This document shows, piece by piece, positions 18,017 to 28,296 of a stretch of 64,000 nucleotides of DNA (its first letter is position 1; every line of letters starts with the position of its first letter). Where the stretch lies: the NCBI GenBank assembly GCA_963713825.1, contig CAVQNG010000003.1, positions 96,001 to 160,000 of the forward strand, written 5' to 3'. The notes under the pieces are model-generated. The model worked only from the letters and a program-made list of their open reading frames with translations, ran no database searches and was not told the DNA's origin. This stretch comes from an uncultured Acidobacteriota bacterium (GTDB lineage Bacteria; Acidobacteriota; Thermoanaerobaculia; Multivoradales; JAHEKO01). Position numbers and translations under genes: made by a program.

Positions 18017-18859
18017 GTGAACACCGCGGAAGTCCCCACCTCCACCAGAGACCTGGTAGCCGCGGTGAGCAGCGAGCTCACCCCCACCGAACGGCGCATT
18101 GCGGAAGCCGTGCTGGCAGAGCCGACGCTACTGGCCTTCGGTACGGTGTCGGACCTGGCGGGCCGCGTTCGCACCAGTCGACCGTCCGTTGTGCGTTTTG
18201 CCAGGAAGCTCGGCTTCGAAGGCTACACGCAGCTGCAACGAAACGTCCGCCGCGATCTCTCCCGCCGTCTCGCCCGCCCAAGTGAGCGGATCCGGCACGA
18301 TGACGAGACCGGCCGACCGGCCAGGGTGGCGCTCGACAGCGCCATCGCCTCCGTGTTCGAAGCGCTCGAGGGCGAACGGCGGGCGGCCCTCGCAGCACCC
18401 TTCGTGCGCGCAGAGAACGTCTGGGTCCTTTCCGGAGAGACCTCGCAGGCTGGCGCCCATGCGTTCCACAGTCGCCTCTCCATCGTCCGACCTGGCGTGC
18501 GTTTGCTCGACGAGCACTCGATTGGCACCGACCTGAGCAGTGCGGGACCCGGCGACGCGGCGATCGTCTTCGACTTCTTTCGCTACCGCCGCCGCGTGGC
18601 CACAGCTGCCCGCTTCCTCGCGGATTCCGGTGCCACCGTCGTCGCGATCACCGACAGCCCGCTGTCGCCTCTGGTAGAGATGGCCGATCTCTGGTGCGAG
18701 GTCGAGGTGCCGGCCATCGGCCCGTTCGACAGCTCGGTCCCTGTCGTTGCGATTGCCGAGTCGCTCGTCTCCCAGGTGGCCAGGGATCTCCAGAACGAGG
18801 CGACTGCCCGTATCGACCGCATCGAGGCGCTTTGGGAAGCGACAGAGGTCTTCCTTTAG
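18017..18859 (+). CDS. MurR/RpiR-family transcriptional regulator (HTH + SIS)
   Basis: LTPTERRIAE...SVVRFARKLGFEGYTQLQ; VVAITDSPLSPL. Confidence 0.92.
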   Translation: MNTAEVPTSTRDLVAAVSSELTPTERRIAEAVLAEPTLLAFGTVSDLAGRVRTSRPSVVRFARKLGFEGYTQLQRNVRRDLSRRLARPSERIRHDDETGRPARVALDSAIASVFEALEGERRAALAAPFVRAENVWVLSGETSQAGAHAFHSRLSIVRPGVRLLDEHSIGTDLSSAGPGDAAIVFDFFRYRRRVATAARFLADSGATVVAITDSPLSPLVEMADLWCEVEVPAIGPFDSSVPVVAIAESLVSQVARDLQNEATARIDRIEALWEATEVFL

Positions 18860-18913
18860 CTATTCAATACCCAGGATTCGACAACCAGGAATCGCAGCCC
18901 AGGAGGTGTACCG

Positions 18914-19624
18914 GTGATTGACAAGACTTACCTTTCCGTCGCGGAGGCCGTGGCCGATATCCCGGACGGCGCGACCGTGATGGTGGGTGGCTTTGGCGCC
19001 TCGGGTAGCCCGATCGAGCTACTCCACGCGCTGATCGACCAGGGCGCCACCGGCCTGACCGTCATCAACAACAACACCGGCAACGGTGATGTGGGGCTGG
19101 CGGCGCTGATCGGCAACGGTCAGGTCAGCAAGATGATCTGCTCCTTTCCCCGATCCAGCCAGTCCAGGGTCTTCCCGAAGATGTACCAGGCAGGCAAGGT
19201 CGAGCTCGAGCTCGTCCCGCAGGGGACCCTCGCCGAACGAATTCGGTCGGGGGGCGCGGGGATTCCGGCGTTCTACACCCCGACCACGGTGGGCACCATC
19301 CTGGCCGAGGACAAGGAGTCGCGGGATTTCGATGGGCGCACCTTCGTGATGGAGCGCTGGCTCAAGGCCGACTTCGCACTGATCAAGTGCGAGGTCGCCG
19401 ACTCCCTCGGCAACCTGACCTACAACAAGACAGCGCGAAATTTCAGCCCTCTCATGTGCATGGCGGCTTCAACGACCATCGTGCAAGCGAAGCGACTGGT
19501 GGCCCGCGGTGAGATCGACCCAGAGCACGTCGTCACGCCCGGCATCTTCGTGGATCGCGTCGTCGAAGTCTCTCAGCCGGTCCACGAGGACACCCTCATC
19601 GCCGCGGGAAGGAGTTACCCATGA
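18914..19624 (+). CDS. pcaI: 3-oxoadipate CoA-transferase subunit A
   Basis: MIDK start, VGGFG, NNNTGNGDVGLAAL, ICSFPR, QGTLAERIR, ARNFSPLMCMA, VVTPGIFV. Confidence 0.88.
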   Translation: MIDKTYLSVAEAVADIPDGATVMVGGFGASGSPIELLHALIDQGATGLTVINNNTGNGDVGLAALIGNGQVSKMICSFPRSSQSRVFPKMYQAGKVELELVPQGTLAERIRSGGAGIPAFYTPTTVGTILAEDKESRDFDGRTFVMERWLKADFALIKCEVADSLGNLTYNKTARNFSPLMCMAASTTIVQAKRLVARGEIDPEHVVTPGIFVDRVVEVSQPVHEDTLIAAGRSYP

Positions 19625-20268
19625 GCAACGGTTGGACTCGAGAGCAGATGGCAGCGAGAGCGGCCCAGGACATCCCCGACGGCTCGTACGTCAATCTGGG
19701 AATTGGCATTCCCGAGCTGGTCGCGAAGTTCGTTCCGGCAGGCCGAGAGTTCATCTACCACACCGAGAACGGCATGCTCGGCATGGGTCCGCCGCCCACC
19801 GACGAGGAGCGGGACCTGGACCTGATGAACGCCGGTAAGAAGTACGTGACCGAGGTCCCCGGCGCCGCCTATTTCCACCATGCCGACAGCTTCAGCATGA
19901 TTCGTGGCGGCCATATCGATGTCTGTGTTCTCGGCACCATGCAGGTGGCGGAGAACGGCGACCTCGCCAACTGGTCGACCGGAGAGCCAGGTGCCATTCC
20001 CGCGGTAGGCGGCGCTATGGACCTGGTTCAGGGAGTCGAACGCATCTACGTGATCACCCAGCACACGACCAAGACAGGCGAACCAAAACTGGTCGGAAGG
20101 TGCAGCTATCCGCTAACCGGGACAGGGGTCGTGTCGCGGATCTATACCGATCTCGCCGTGGTCGACGTCACCGCGGATGGGTTCCGTGTCTTCGAGCTGG
20201 CGCCGGAGATCACTTTCGAAGAAGTCGAACAGAAAACCGGGGCGCCGATCCTGCCGGCCGAGCGATAG
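19621..20268 (+). CDS. pcaJ: 3-oxoadipate CoA-transferase subunit B
   Basis: VNLGIGIP, catalytic TENG, FHHADSFSMIRGGH, GDLANWSTG, IPAVGGAMDL. Confidence 0.88.
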   Translation: MSNGWTREQMAARAAQDIPDGSYVNLGIGIPELVAKFVPAGREFIYHTENGMLGMGPPPTDEERDLDLMNAGKKYVTEVPGAAYFHHADSFSMIRGGHIDVCVLGTMQVAENGDLANWSTGEPGAIPAVGGAMDLVQGVERIYVITQHTTKTGEPKLVGRCSYPLTGTGVVSRIYTDLAVVDVTADGFRVFELAPEITFEEVEQKTGAPILPAER

Positions 20269-20308
20269 CGCTGGTATCAAGTCCCTATTCGAGAACAGGA
20301 CATGACAA

Positions 20309-21508
20309 ATGACCGATGTATTCCTGTGTGATGGCATTCGAACGCCCGTCGGACGCTACGGCGGGGCCCTCTCAACGGTCCGGACAGACGATCTGGCAGC
20401 AATACCGATCACGGAACTGATGGAGCGGAATCCAGGGGTCGACTGGGACGCCCTGGACGATGTGATGCTGGGCTGTGCCAATCAGTCTGGGGAAGACAAC
20501 CGCAACGTGGCTCGCATGAGCAGCCTGCTGGCCGGTCTGCCCCAGGAGGTGCCGGCCTCGACCATCAATCGGCTGTGCGGCTCTGGACTCAATGCCGTGG
20601 GTACCTGCGCCAGCGCCATCAAGACGGCAGAGGGCGAACTGATGATCGCCGGCGGCGTGGAGAGCATGTCCCGCGCCCCCTTCGTCATCGGCAAGGCGGA
20701 AGGCGCCTTCGGACGGACGCAGGAGATGCACGACAGCACCATGGGGTGGCGCTTCATCAACCCGAAGCTGCAAGAGCAGTACGGCACGGATGTCATGCCG
20801 AAGACGGCGGAGAACCTGGCTGAGGAGTACGACATCAGCCGTGAGGATCAAGATCGCTTCGCGTTCTGGAGCCAGACCAAGGCAGCCACTGCGCAGGCCG
20901 ATGGTCGTCTTGCCGGTGAGATCTGCGCGGTCACCGTTCCGCGGCGCAAGCAGGACCCTCTGATCGTCGACCGGGATGAGCATCCACGCGAGACATCGCT
21001 CGAAAAACTCGCCAAGCTGCGACCGCTGTTTCCCGACGGCACCGTGACCGCGGGCAACGCCTCGGGCATCAATGACGGAGCCGCGGCCCTGCTACTGGCT
21101 TCGGAGGCAGGAGCCAAGCGCCACAACCTGGAACCCAGGGCCCGCATTCTCGGCATGGCCGTTGCCGGCGTACCGCCTAGGATCATGGGAATTGGACCAG
21201 TTCCGGCAACCCGCAAGCTACTCGCGCGTCTGAAGTTGACGCTGGACGATTTCGACATTCTCGAGCTCAACGAAGCCTTCTCGGCCCAAGCGCTCACCTG
21301 TACTCGGCAACTGGGGCTGGCCGATGACGACCCGAGGATCAACACCCGCGGGGGCGCGATCGCGTTGGGCCACCCGCTCGGCATGAGTGGCGCCCGCCTG
21401 GCGGTGACCGCGATGGATCAACTCCAGCGCGATGGAGGGAAGCTGGCGCTCTGCACCATGTGCATCGGGGTGGGGCAAGGGATCGCCCTCGTTCTGGAAG
21501 GACTCTGA
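20309..21508 (+). CDS. pcaF: 3-oxoadipyl-CoA thiolase
   Basis: [54 protein letters not shown]. Confidence 0.9.
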   Translation: MTDVFLCDGIRTPVGRYGGALSTVRTDDLAAIPITELMERNPGVDWDALDDVMLGCANQSGEDNRNVARMSSLLAGLPQEVPASTINRLCGSGLNAVGTCASAIKTAEGELMIAGGVESMSRAPFVIGKAEGAFGRTQEMHDSTMGWRFINPKLQEQYGTDVMPKTAENLAEEYDISREDQDRFAFWSQTKAATAQADGRLAGEICAVTVPRRKQDPLIVDRDEHPRETSLEKLAKLRPLFPDGTVTAGNASGINDGAAALLLASEAGAKRHNLEPRARILGMAVAGVPPRIMGIGPVPATRKLLARLKLTLDDFDILELNEAFSAQALTCTRQLGLADDDPRINTRGGAIALGHPLGMSGARLAVTAMDQLQRDGGKLALCTMCIGVGQGIALVLEGL

Positions 21509-21510
21509 GA

Positions 21511-22815
21511 ATGGAATCACTCGAGCAAGCCATCGAAGGCGCCCGGGCGCGGTACGCGTCCGCCAATCCCCTCAGCCAGGCCGCGGATCACGAGGCGGAA
21601 CGTTGCCTGCCAGGTGGCAACACGCGCTCGGTCCTCTACTTCGAGCCCTTTCCCTTGACCATGGTCACCGGAGAGGCAGCAGAGCTGACCGACCTGGATG
21701 GTCACCAGTACGTTGATTTCGTAGGCGAGTTCTCCGCGGGCCTGTTCGGACATTCGAACGAGATCATCAAATCAGCGGTGCACGAGGCCCTCGACACGGG
21801 TGTCGTCATGGGTGCGCCGACCCGCTTCGAAAGAGAGCTGGCCAGCCTGTTGTGCGAACGGTTCCCCTCGGTCGACGAGATCAGGTTCTGCAACTCGGGT
21901 ACCGAGGCCAACATCATGGCGCTGGCCGCGGCGCGAGCCGTGACGGGCCGCGACAAGGTCCTGGTCTTCGAAGGCGCCTATCACGGTGGCGTCCTCAAAT
22001 TCCCGGCCGGAGGCTCGCCCCTCAACGTCCCCTACGACTTTGTCCTCGGGGTCTACAACGACATCGAAGGCACCGCCGAGTTGATCCACCGCGCGGGAGA
22101 CGAGATCGCGGCCGTCATCGTCGAACCTATTCTGGGCGCCGGCGGAAACATTCCCGGCAGCCTGGAGTTCCTGAAGATGCTCCGGCGAGAGACGCGGCAA
22201 GTCGGGGCGTTGCTGATCTTCGATGAAGTCAAGACCTCGCGGCTTGGCCCGGCGGGTCTCCAGGGTTTGCTGGGTATCGAGCCCGATCTGACAGCGCTCG
22301 GGAAGTACATCGGCGGCGGGCTGCCGACAGGCGCGTTCGGCGGCAGCGCCGAGATCATGGAACGCTTCAACCCGAAACAGAAGGGCTCCTGGGCCCACGC
22401 CGGTACCTTCAACAACAACATCTGTTCGATGGCCGCCGGCTGTGCGGCGATGAGTCGGGTCTATACGCCACAACGCGCGGCGGAGTTCTTCGCAACCTCC
22501 GAGGCATTTCGGGTGTCGCTCAACGAGATGTTCACAGAGCGAGAGGTGCCGATGCATTGCAACGGACTGGGATCCATCTTCGCGATTCACTTCGCACGTC
22601 AGCCGGTTCGAAAGACGGCCGATATCACCGCAGGATGCTTATCCCTTCGCCCCCTGCTGCACATGGAGCTGCTCCTCGAAGGCGTTCTGGTCTGCAGTCG
22701 CGGCGACATGTTCCTGTCGCTGCCGATGACCGAGACCCATCTTTCGAAGGCACGTCACGCCCTCGAAAGCTTCGCCGATCGTTACAAACCTCTGATTCTC
22801 GAAGTCCTGCAGTAG
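21511..22815 (+). CDS. Class III PLP aminotransferase, beta-amino-acid (beta-phenylalanine-type) transaminase
   Basis: PGGNTRSVLYFEPFP, EFSAGLFGHS, FCNSGTEAN, YHGG, FDEVKTSR, LGKYIGGG, HAGTFNNN; lacks the HemL SPVR motif. Confidence 0.8.
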   Translation: MESLEQAIEGARARYASANPLSQAADHEAERCLPGGNTRSVLYFEPFPLTMVTGEAAELTDLDGHQYVDFVGEFSAGLFGHSNEIIKSAVHEALDTGVVMGAPTRFERELASLLCERFPSVDEIRFCNSGTEANIMALAAARAVTGRDKVLVFEGAYHGGVLKFPAGGSPLNVPYDFVLGVYNDIEGTAELIHRAGDEIAAVIVEPILGAGGNIPGSLEFLKMLRRETRQVGALLIFDEVKTSRLGPAGLQGLLGIEPDLTALGKYIGGGLPTGAFGGSAEIMERFNPKQKGSWAHAGTFNNNICSMAAGCAAMSRVYTPQRAAEFFATSEAFRVSLNEMFTEREVPMHCNGLGSIFAIHFARQPVRKTADITAGCLSLRPLLHMELLLEGVLVCSRGDMFLSLPMTETHLSKARHALESFADRYKPLILEVLQ

Positions 22816-22907
22816 TTCGGGGGACACAATACTGATTCCCACCGTTAGTGGGCTGCAGGGACGGGCAGGGGTGATTCGGAGCTGAGATGCTCGGGGAATC
22901 CGAAGTA

Positions 22908-22929
22908 TGGCTGGGAGGCAGGGATTCGA
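22908..22929 (-). repeat. Duplicated 3' end of tRNA-Gln (att-like)
   Basis: TGGCTGGGAGGCAGGGATTCGA is identical to 23078-23099 (22 bp). Confidence 0.85.
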
Positions 22930-23077
22930 GGATCGCAAGCGACCCTCGATGCGAGCTGTGTCTTCGGGGAGGGCAAAGCCCCTCCCCGTACCCCTCCCCA
23001 GGGGTTCGAATCCCAGCGAGTGCACTGACCCGCAGAGAACAAATTCGGAAGTGTGGTGCTTGAATAGTCAGGTGGGG

Positions 23078-23151
23078 TGGCTGGGAGGCAGGGATTCGAA
23101 CCCCGATTCCACGGTCCAGAGCCGCGTGTCCTACCATTGAACGACCTCCCA
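23078..23151 (-). tRNA. tRNA-Gln(CTG)
   Basis: TGGGAGG...CTCTGGA anticodon loop...GGTTCGAATCC...CCTCCCA-GCCA; 74 nt with encoded CCA. Confidence 0.95.
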
Positions 23152-23296
23152 ACGGCGGCGAGATCCTAGCAATTCCCTAGGCGAGAGGTCAAACCCCGAG
23201 ATCGTCAGAACAATCAGGCAGTGACCCGAAAGTTCTATACTTGGCGAGGGTGATGTTTCCTGTGATCGATTCGAAAATCCGAGACACAGGAGTCCT

Positions 23297-24241
23297 GTGA
23301 ATCGCCATACCAAAGAGGGGGACGGGACCGTGTCAGAGACCAGACCCACGAACCTGCGTACCATTCTTGTCGCCACAGACTTCTCACAGACTGCTCAGGC
23401 GGGAATCGACTGGGCCGTGCTGTTGGCGAGCTCACATGGAGCCCGCATTGAGCTGGTGCACGCCCTCCTCGTACCGAATCGAGCAACAGACTTCGTTCCC
23501 TCGCCACCCGATTTCACCGAGGCGCTGCAAGAAGCTGCCTCCGGCAAACTGAACGAAGCAGCTGAAGCCATCCGGGCGAAAGGGGTGGAGGTCGATTCCC
23601 ATCTCCGCCTCGGAGTCCCGTCCCAGGTGCTCCTGCAGACCGCCGAAGACAAGGAGGTCGACACGATCGTCGTCGGCACACGCGGTCTCACAGGAATCCG
23701 ACACCTACTCCTTGGCAGCACCGCGGAGCGAGTCGTGCAGCACGCCACTTGTCCGGTATTGACGGTCCACCCCGGCGACGCCGATCACCACCGCGAGATC
23801 AGAACGGTTCTGGTCTCGACCGACTTCTCCCATGACTCCGAGACGAGCATCGCCGCCGCATTGCGCCTGCTCGGCCCGCAGCCCGAAGCCAAGCTCGTTC
23901 TGCTCCACGTCTATCATCTGCCCTACGAGTACACGGCATACGGCACGATCCCCACCTCGCTGGACTATTTCAAGGATGTCGAAGGCGCCGCAGAGGAACG
24001 CCTCAATGAGATGGCCCGCGTCCTCGGTCGAGAAGGCCTCACTGTCGAGACCGTGGCCAAGGAGGGCTATCCCCCGGACACGATCATCGATCAGGCAGAC
24101 GAGGTCGGTGCCGACCTCATCGCCCTCGGAACTCACGGCCGAACAGGCCTCGCACACCTGCTGCTGGGCAGCACGGCGGAGCGCGTCGTGCAACACGCAC
24201 GCTGTCCCGTGCTCACGGTGAAGACCGCAGGCGAAAGCTGA
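23297..24241 (+). CDS. Universal stress protein, tandem USP domains
   Basis: Two (I/V)LV(A/S)TDFS and GTxGxTG...LLGSTAERVVQHAxCPVLTV repeats. Confidence 0.93.
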   Translation: MNRHTKEGDGTVSETRPTNLRTILVATDFSQTAQAGIDWAVLLASSHGARIELVHALLVPNRATDFVPSPPDFTEALQEAASGKLNEAAEAIRAKGVEVDSHLRLGVPSQVLLQTAEDKEVDTIVVGTRGLTGIRHLLLGSTAERVVQHATCPVLTVHPGDADHHREIRTVLVSTDFSHDSETSIAAALRLLGPQPEAKLVLLHVYHLPYEYTAYGTIPTSLDYFKDVEGAAEERLNEMARVLGREGLTVETVAKEGYPPDTIIDQADEVGADLIALGTHGRTGLAHLLLGSTAERVVQHARCPVLTVKTAGES

Positions 24242-24316
24242 CCGCTGATCAGGTATCTGGCTGCTTCACTGCTCCAAAGAGCGGCCGGCGCCGGCCGCTT
24301 CAGCCCCAAGCCCTCG

Positions 24317-24370
24317 AAGAACGCCCGGCGGTGAGCCGGGCTCCTCAACCCTCAGGGCGGGTGGGTGGGT
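24317..24370 (-). terminator. Repeated terminator-like element, copy 1 (downstream of tRNA-Ser)
   Basis: Minus strand GCCCGGC-TCACC-GCCGGGC-GTTCTT hairpin; near-identical to 40623-40676; + strand carries GGGCGGGTGGGTGGG. Confidence 0.65.
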
Positions 24371-24371
24371 A

Positions 24372-24465
<94 letters not shown>

Positions 24466-24660
24466 GCGGTCCTTGCAGGACTTCACATTCTATGGGCCCC
24501 TTCGAGCCGGAGTCAAAGCATGCTTTCAGCCGCGGCTCCTCGGTTGGCAGACGCCCGAATCCCGGCTATGCTCGTGCCACCCCAAGCTGTTGGATCCCTT
24601 GACCACGCAACTCCACCATCCGTTGACGCCCCATCTCTCGCTGGAACGAAAGGCAGATTC

Positions 24661-26679
24661 ATGAGCCCCAAGGCCCAGGCTGAAGTCGACACGACGGCCA
24701 TCAATACCCTTCGCTTTCTCGCCGTGGACATGGTGGAGAAAGCGAACTCCGGACACCCCGGTGCACCCATGGGACAGGCCGCGATGGCCTACTCCCTCTG
24801 GACTCGCCACCTGCGTTTCAGCCCCGGGACTCCAGGCTGGCCGAATCGGGACCGATTCGTTCTTTCCTGCGGCCACGCATCGGCCCTGATCTACTCACTC
24901 CTTCACCTCAGCGGCTTCGATGTTCCTTTGAGCGCACTGCAGGAGTTCCGGCAGTTCGAATCGATCACCCCTGGTCATCCGGAGTACGGTCTGACTCCAG
25001 GCGTGGAAACAACGACCGGGCCTCTCGGTCAGGGACTCGCCAACGGCGTCGGTATGGCCATGGCCGAAGAGATGCTGGCCGCCTACTTCAATCGTGACGG
25101 GTACGACCTTCTCGACTACAACACCTGGATCTTTGCCAGTGATGGAGACCTGATGGAGGGGATCGCTTCCGAGGCCTCTTCGCTCGCTGGGCACCTCGAA
25201 TTGGGCAAACTCATCGTAGCCTGGGATGACAACCGGATCTCGATCGATGGCTCGACATCCCTGACCTTCAGCGAAGATGTGTGCCAGCGCTACGAAGCCT
25301 ACGGCTGGCATGTGCAGAGGGTCGAGGACGGCAACGACCTCGAGGCCCTCGACGCGGCCTACGAAACGGCCCGAGAGGAAGGCAACAGACCCTCCCTGAT
25401 CGCAGTACGCACGCACATCGGCTTCGGCAGCCCCAACAAGCAGGATACTTCGGCCTCTCACGGTGCCCCGCTGGGGGCCGAAGAGGTCGTTGCCACCAAG
25501 AAGGCGTTGGGTTGGCCTCTCGAGCCGACCTTTCATATTCCCGAGAAAGGCCTCGAGCCGTTTCGGAATGCCGCTGAAGGGGGTGCCCTGGAGGAGATGG
25601 CCTGGAGGGAGATGTTCTCGCTCTATGCCGAGGACCATCCGGAGTTGGCGAGTGAGTTCCTGAATCGACTCGCCCGAACGCTGCCCTCGGAATGGACCGA
25701 GAGCCTGTCCACTTTCGGTGTTGGGGACGGCCCCCTCGCTACGCGCAAAGCGTCAGGCAAGGTCCTCAACTCCATTTGTGACGCCATCCCCTACCTGGTG
25801 GGTGGCTCCGCCGACCTCGCCGGTTCCAACAATACCTACCTCCAGGGTCTCAGTGATTTCTCGGCTGGCGAACCCGGCGGCCGAAACCTCCATTTCGGCG
25901 TTCGCGAGCACGCCATGGGTGCCATTCTCAACGGGCTGGCCCTTTCCGGAATGCTAATTCCTTACGGCGGCACGTTTTTGATCTTTTCGGACTACATGCG
26001 GCCTTCGATCCGCCTCGCGGCCCTCATGGGGCTGCCGGTCAAGTATGTCTTCACGCACGACTCGGTCTTCGTGGGAGAGGATGGGCCCACCCATCAGCCG
26101 ATCTCCCAACTGCTGTCGCTGAGGGCCATCCCTGGCCTCACCGTGATCCGGCCCGCTGACGCCAACGAGACAGCGGCTGCTTGGCGGGTGGCCATCGAAC
26201 GCCAAGACGGCCCGACTGCACTTGCTCTGAGCAGACAGAGCTTACCGGTCATCCGGCAGGATCCGGAGAAGGCAATGGAGGGCGTGGCTCGGGGGGCCTA
26301 TGTCGTGGCCGACCCTGACGAAGACGAGCCCCAACTGGTGCTCATTGCCTCAGGTTCAGAGGTGTCCCTGGCTCTCGATGCCCAGGCCTTGCTGGCGGAG
26401 CAGGAGATCGCGGCCCGCGTCGTGAGCTTTCCGTCCTGGGACCTCTTCGACGCCCAGGATCGCGACTACCAGGAGAGCGTCCTACCGCCGGGGATCTCGA
26501 AGCGGCTGGCGATCGAGGCCGGGACGACGCTGGGCTGGGACCGCTATGTCGGCGCCGAGGGAGATGTCATCGGCATCGACAGCTTCGGAGCCTCGGCTCC
26601 CCACCAGGCCGTCGCCGAGCATTTCGGATTGACCCCCGAATCGGTGGTGGAGCGCGCCAAGGCCCTCCTCCTCCGCTAA
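24661..26679 (+). CDS. tkt: Transketolase
   Basis: [58 protein letters not shown]. Confidence 0.97.
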   Translation: MSPKAQAEVDTTAINTLRFLAVDMVEKANSGHPGAPMGQAAMAYSLWTRHLRFSPGTPGWPNRDRFVLSCGHASALIYSLLHLSGFDVPLSALQEFRQFESITPGHPEYGLTPGVETTTGPLGQGLANGVGMAMAEEMLAAYFNRDGYDLLDYNTWIFASDGDLMEGIASEASSLAGHLELGKLIVAWDDNRISIDGSTSLTFSEDVCQRYEAYGWHVQRVEDGNDLEALDAAYETAREEGNRPSLIAVRTHIGFGSPNKQDTSASHGAPLGAEEVVATKKALGWPLEPTFHIPEKGLEPFRNAAEGGALEEMAWREMFSLYAEDHPELASEFLNRLARTLPSEWTESLSTFGVGDGPLATRKASGKVLNSICDAIPYLVGGSADLAGSNNTYLQGLSDFSAGEPGGRNLHFGVREHAMGAILNGLALSGMLIPYGGTFLIFSDYMRPSIRLAALMGLPVKYVFTHDSVFVGEDGPTHQPISQLLSLRAIPGLTVIRPADANETAAAWRVAIERQDGPTALALSRQSLPVIRQDPEKAMEGVARGAYVVADPDEDEPQLVLIASGSEVSLALDAQALLAEQEIAARVVSFPSWDLFDAQDRDYQESVLPPGISKRLAIEAGTTLGWDRYVGAEGDVIGIDSFGASAPHQAVAEHFGLTPESVVERAKALLLR

Positions 26680-26691
26680 GCTACCGCCGCT

Positions 26692-28266
26692 ATGGTGAGA
26701 ACTCGCTTCGCTCCGAGCCCGACGGGCTTTCTTCACATCGGTGGTGTGCGCACCGCGTTGTTCAACTGGCTCTTTGCTCGCCACAACGAGGGACACTTCA
26801 TCCTGCGAATCGACGACACCGATGAGCAGCGCAACGTCGCCGAGACCCTGCAGCCGATCCTCTCCGGTCTCCGATGGTTGGGGCTCGATTGGGATGAGGG
26901 CCCCGACGTCGGTGGTGACTATGGTCCCTACTTTCAGTCGCAACGCCGAGAACAGCACCAGGCTGCCGTAGAGAATTTGCTGTCCGGTGGATACGCCTAC
27001 CGGGACTATTCCACCCAGGAGGAGCTCCAGACGGAGCGCGAAACGGCCCAAGCCGAAGGCAAGCGCTTCATCTACAGCCGGCGCTGGATGGCAGAGACCG
27101 CGGAGCAGGCGGAGCGCTTCGAAGCCGAGGGACGCACGGCGGTGGTCCGCCTGAAGATGCCCAGGGAGGGCGTTTGCCGGTTCAGGGATCTGATTCGAGG
27201 CGAGGTGGAGTTCGAGTGGGCCCAGGAACAGGACCATGTCATCCAGCGTGCTGACGGATCCTGCCTCTATCACCTGGCCAGTGTTGCCGATGACGCGGCC
27301 ATGGAGATCTCTCACGTCATCCGGGCCGAAGAGCACCTCTCCAATACGCCTCGACAGATCTTCATCTTCGAGGGCCTCGGTCATGAGCCGCCGGAATTCG
27401 CTCACTTGCCCTTCGTAGCCGAGCCCGGCAGTCGCAACAAGCTCAGCAAGCGCAAGCTCGAGAAGTACCTCAAGAATCCCGACTTCGCCAAGATGCATCA
27501 ACACGGCGTGACGATCGCGGCTGCCATCGGACTCGAAACGGCCGCCGAGACCTTCAACCCGGTCATCGTCGACTTCTACGAAAAGGTCGGCTACCTGCCC
27601 GACGCTCTCGTCAACTATCTACTGCTCCTGGGATGGGCCCTCGACGACCGGACGGAGTTCTTCTCGAGAGAGGAGATGATCGAGCAGTTCACGCTCGAGC
27701 GGGTCAATCGTTCTCCCGCCAGCTTCGACCCCAACAAGCTCCTGGCCTTTCAGGAGCACTACATGCAGGAAATGCCAGTGGCCGAGAAACTACCCTGGGT
27801 CCTGCCTTACCTGGAGGCCGCCGGGTTCCTCCCATCTCCACACATTGATGAACCGTCCGGCTTCGTGACGGAGATGCTGCGGGCAGCCGGAGACCGGATC
27901 AAGGTGGCAGGCGAGAGCCTCGACTACCCCGAGTTCTTCGTCGGCGACGCTGCCTTCCCCTACGATTCAAAGGCCTTCGACAAGCGCTTGAAGAACGCGC
28001 CAGAATCGGTAGCACTTCTGCAGGCCTTCAGAGATCAACTGGCGGCCATCCAACCCTTCGAGGCCGCCACCCTCGAAGAGGCAATGCGCCGTTTCGTGGA
28101 GTCGGAAGGTGTCAAGATCGGACAGATCATCCATACACTGCGGGTGGCAGTCACCGGCAAGGCCGTCGGATTCGGCATGTTCGAGATCCTGGAGATCCTC
28201 GGCCGGGAACGCAGCCTCGCACGCATCGATCGGGCCCTGGCCCGGCTCGACGAAGCTCCTAGTTAG
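26692..28266 (+). CDS. gltX: Glutamate-tRNA ligase
   Basis: RTRFAPSPTGFLHIGG (HIGH), LRIDDTD, KLSKR. Confidence 0.95.
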   Translation: MVRTRFAPSPTGFLHIGGVRTALFNWLFARHNEGHFILRIDDTDEQRNVAETLQPILSGLRWLGLDWDEGPDVGGDYGPYFQSQRREQHQAAVENLLSGGYAYRDYSTQEELQTERETAQAEGKRFIYSRRWMAETAEQAERFEAEGRTAVVRLKMPREGVCRFRDLIRGEVEFEWAQEQDHVIQRADGSCLYHLASVADDAAMEISHVIRAEEHLSNTPRQIFIFEGLGHEPPEFAHLPFVAEPGSRNKLSKRKLEKYLKNPDFAKMHQHGVTIAAAIGLETAAETFNPVIVDFYEKVGYLPDALVNYLLLLGWALDDRTEFFSREEMIEQFTLERVNRSPASFDPNKLLAFQEHYMQEMPVAEKLPWVLPYLEAAGFLPSPHIDEPSGFVTEMLRAAGDRIKVAGESLDYPEFFVGDAAFPYDSKAFDKRLKNAPESVALLQAFRDQLAAIQPFEAATLEEAMRRFVESEGVKIGQIIHTLRVAVTGKAVGFGMFEILEILGRERSLARIDRALARLDEAPS

Positions 28267-28296
28267 ACCCTTTTCGAGAATCGCAGGGAATCAACA

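Noticed and set aside
21511-22815. Annotation as hemL (GSA aminomutase)
   Set aside because: Lacks the SPVR motif, has no hem gene context, and matches the beta-transaminase pattern.
22930-23020. Second tRNA gene next to tRNA-Gln
   Set aside because: Only a T-arm-like motif and the 3' end are present; no D-arm or anticodon arm can be folded.
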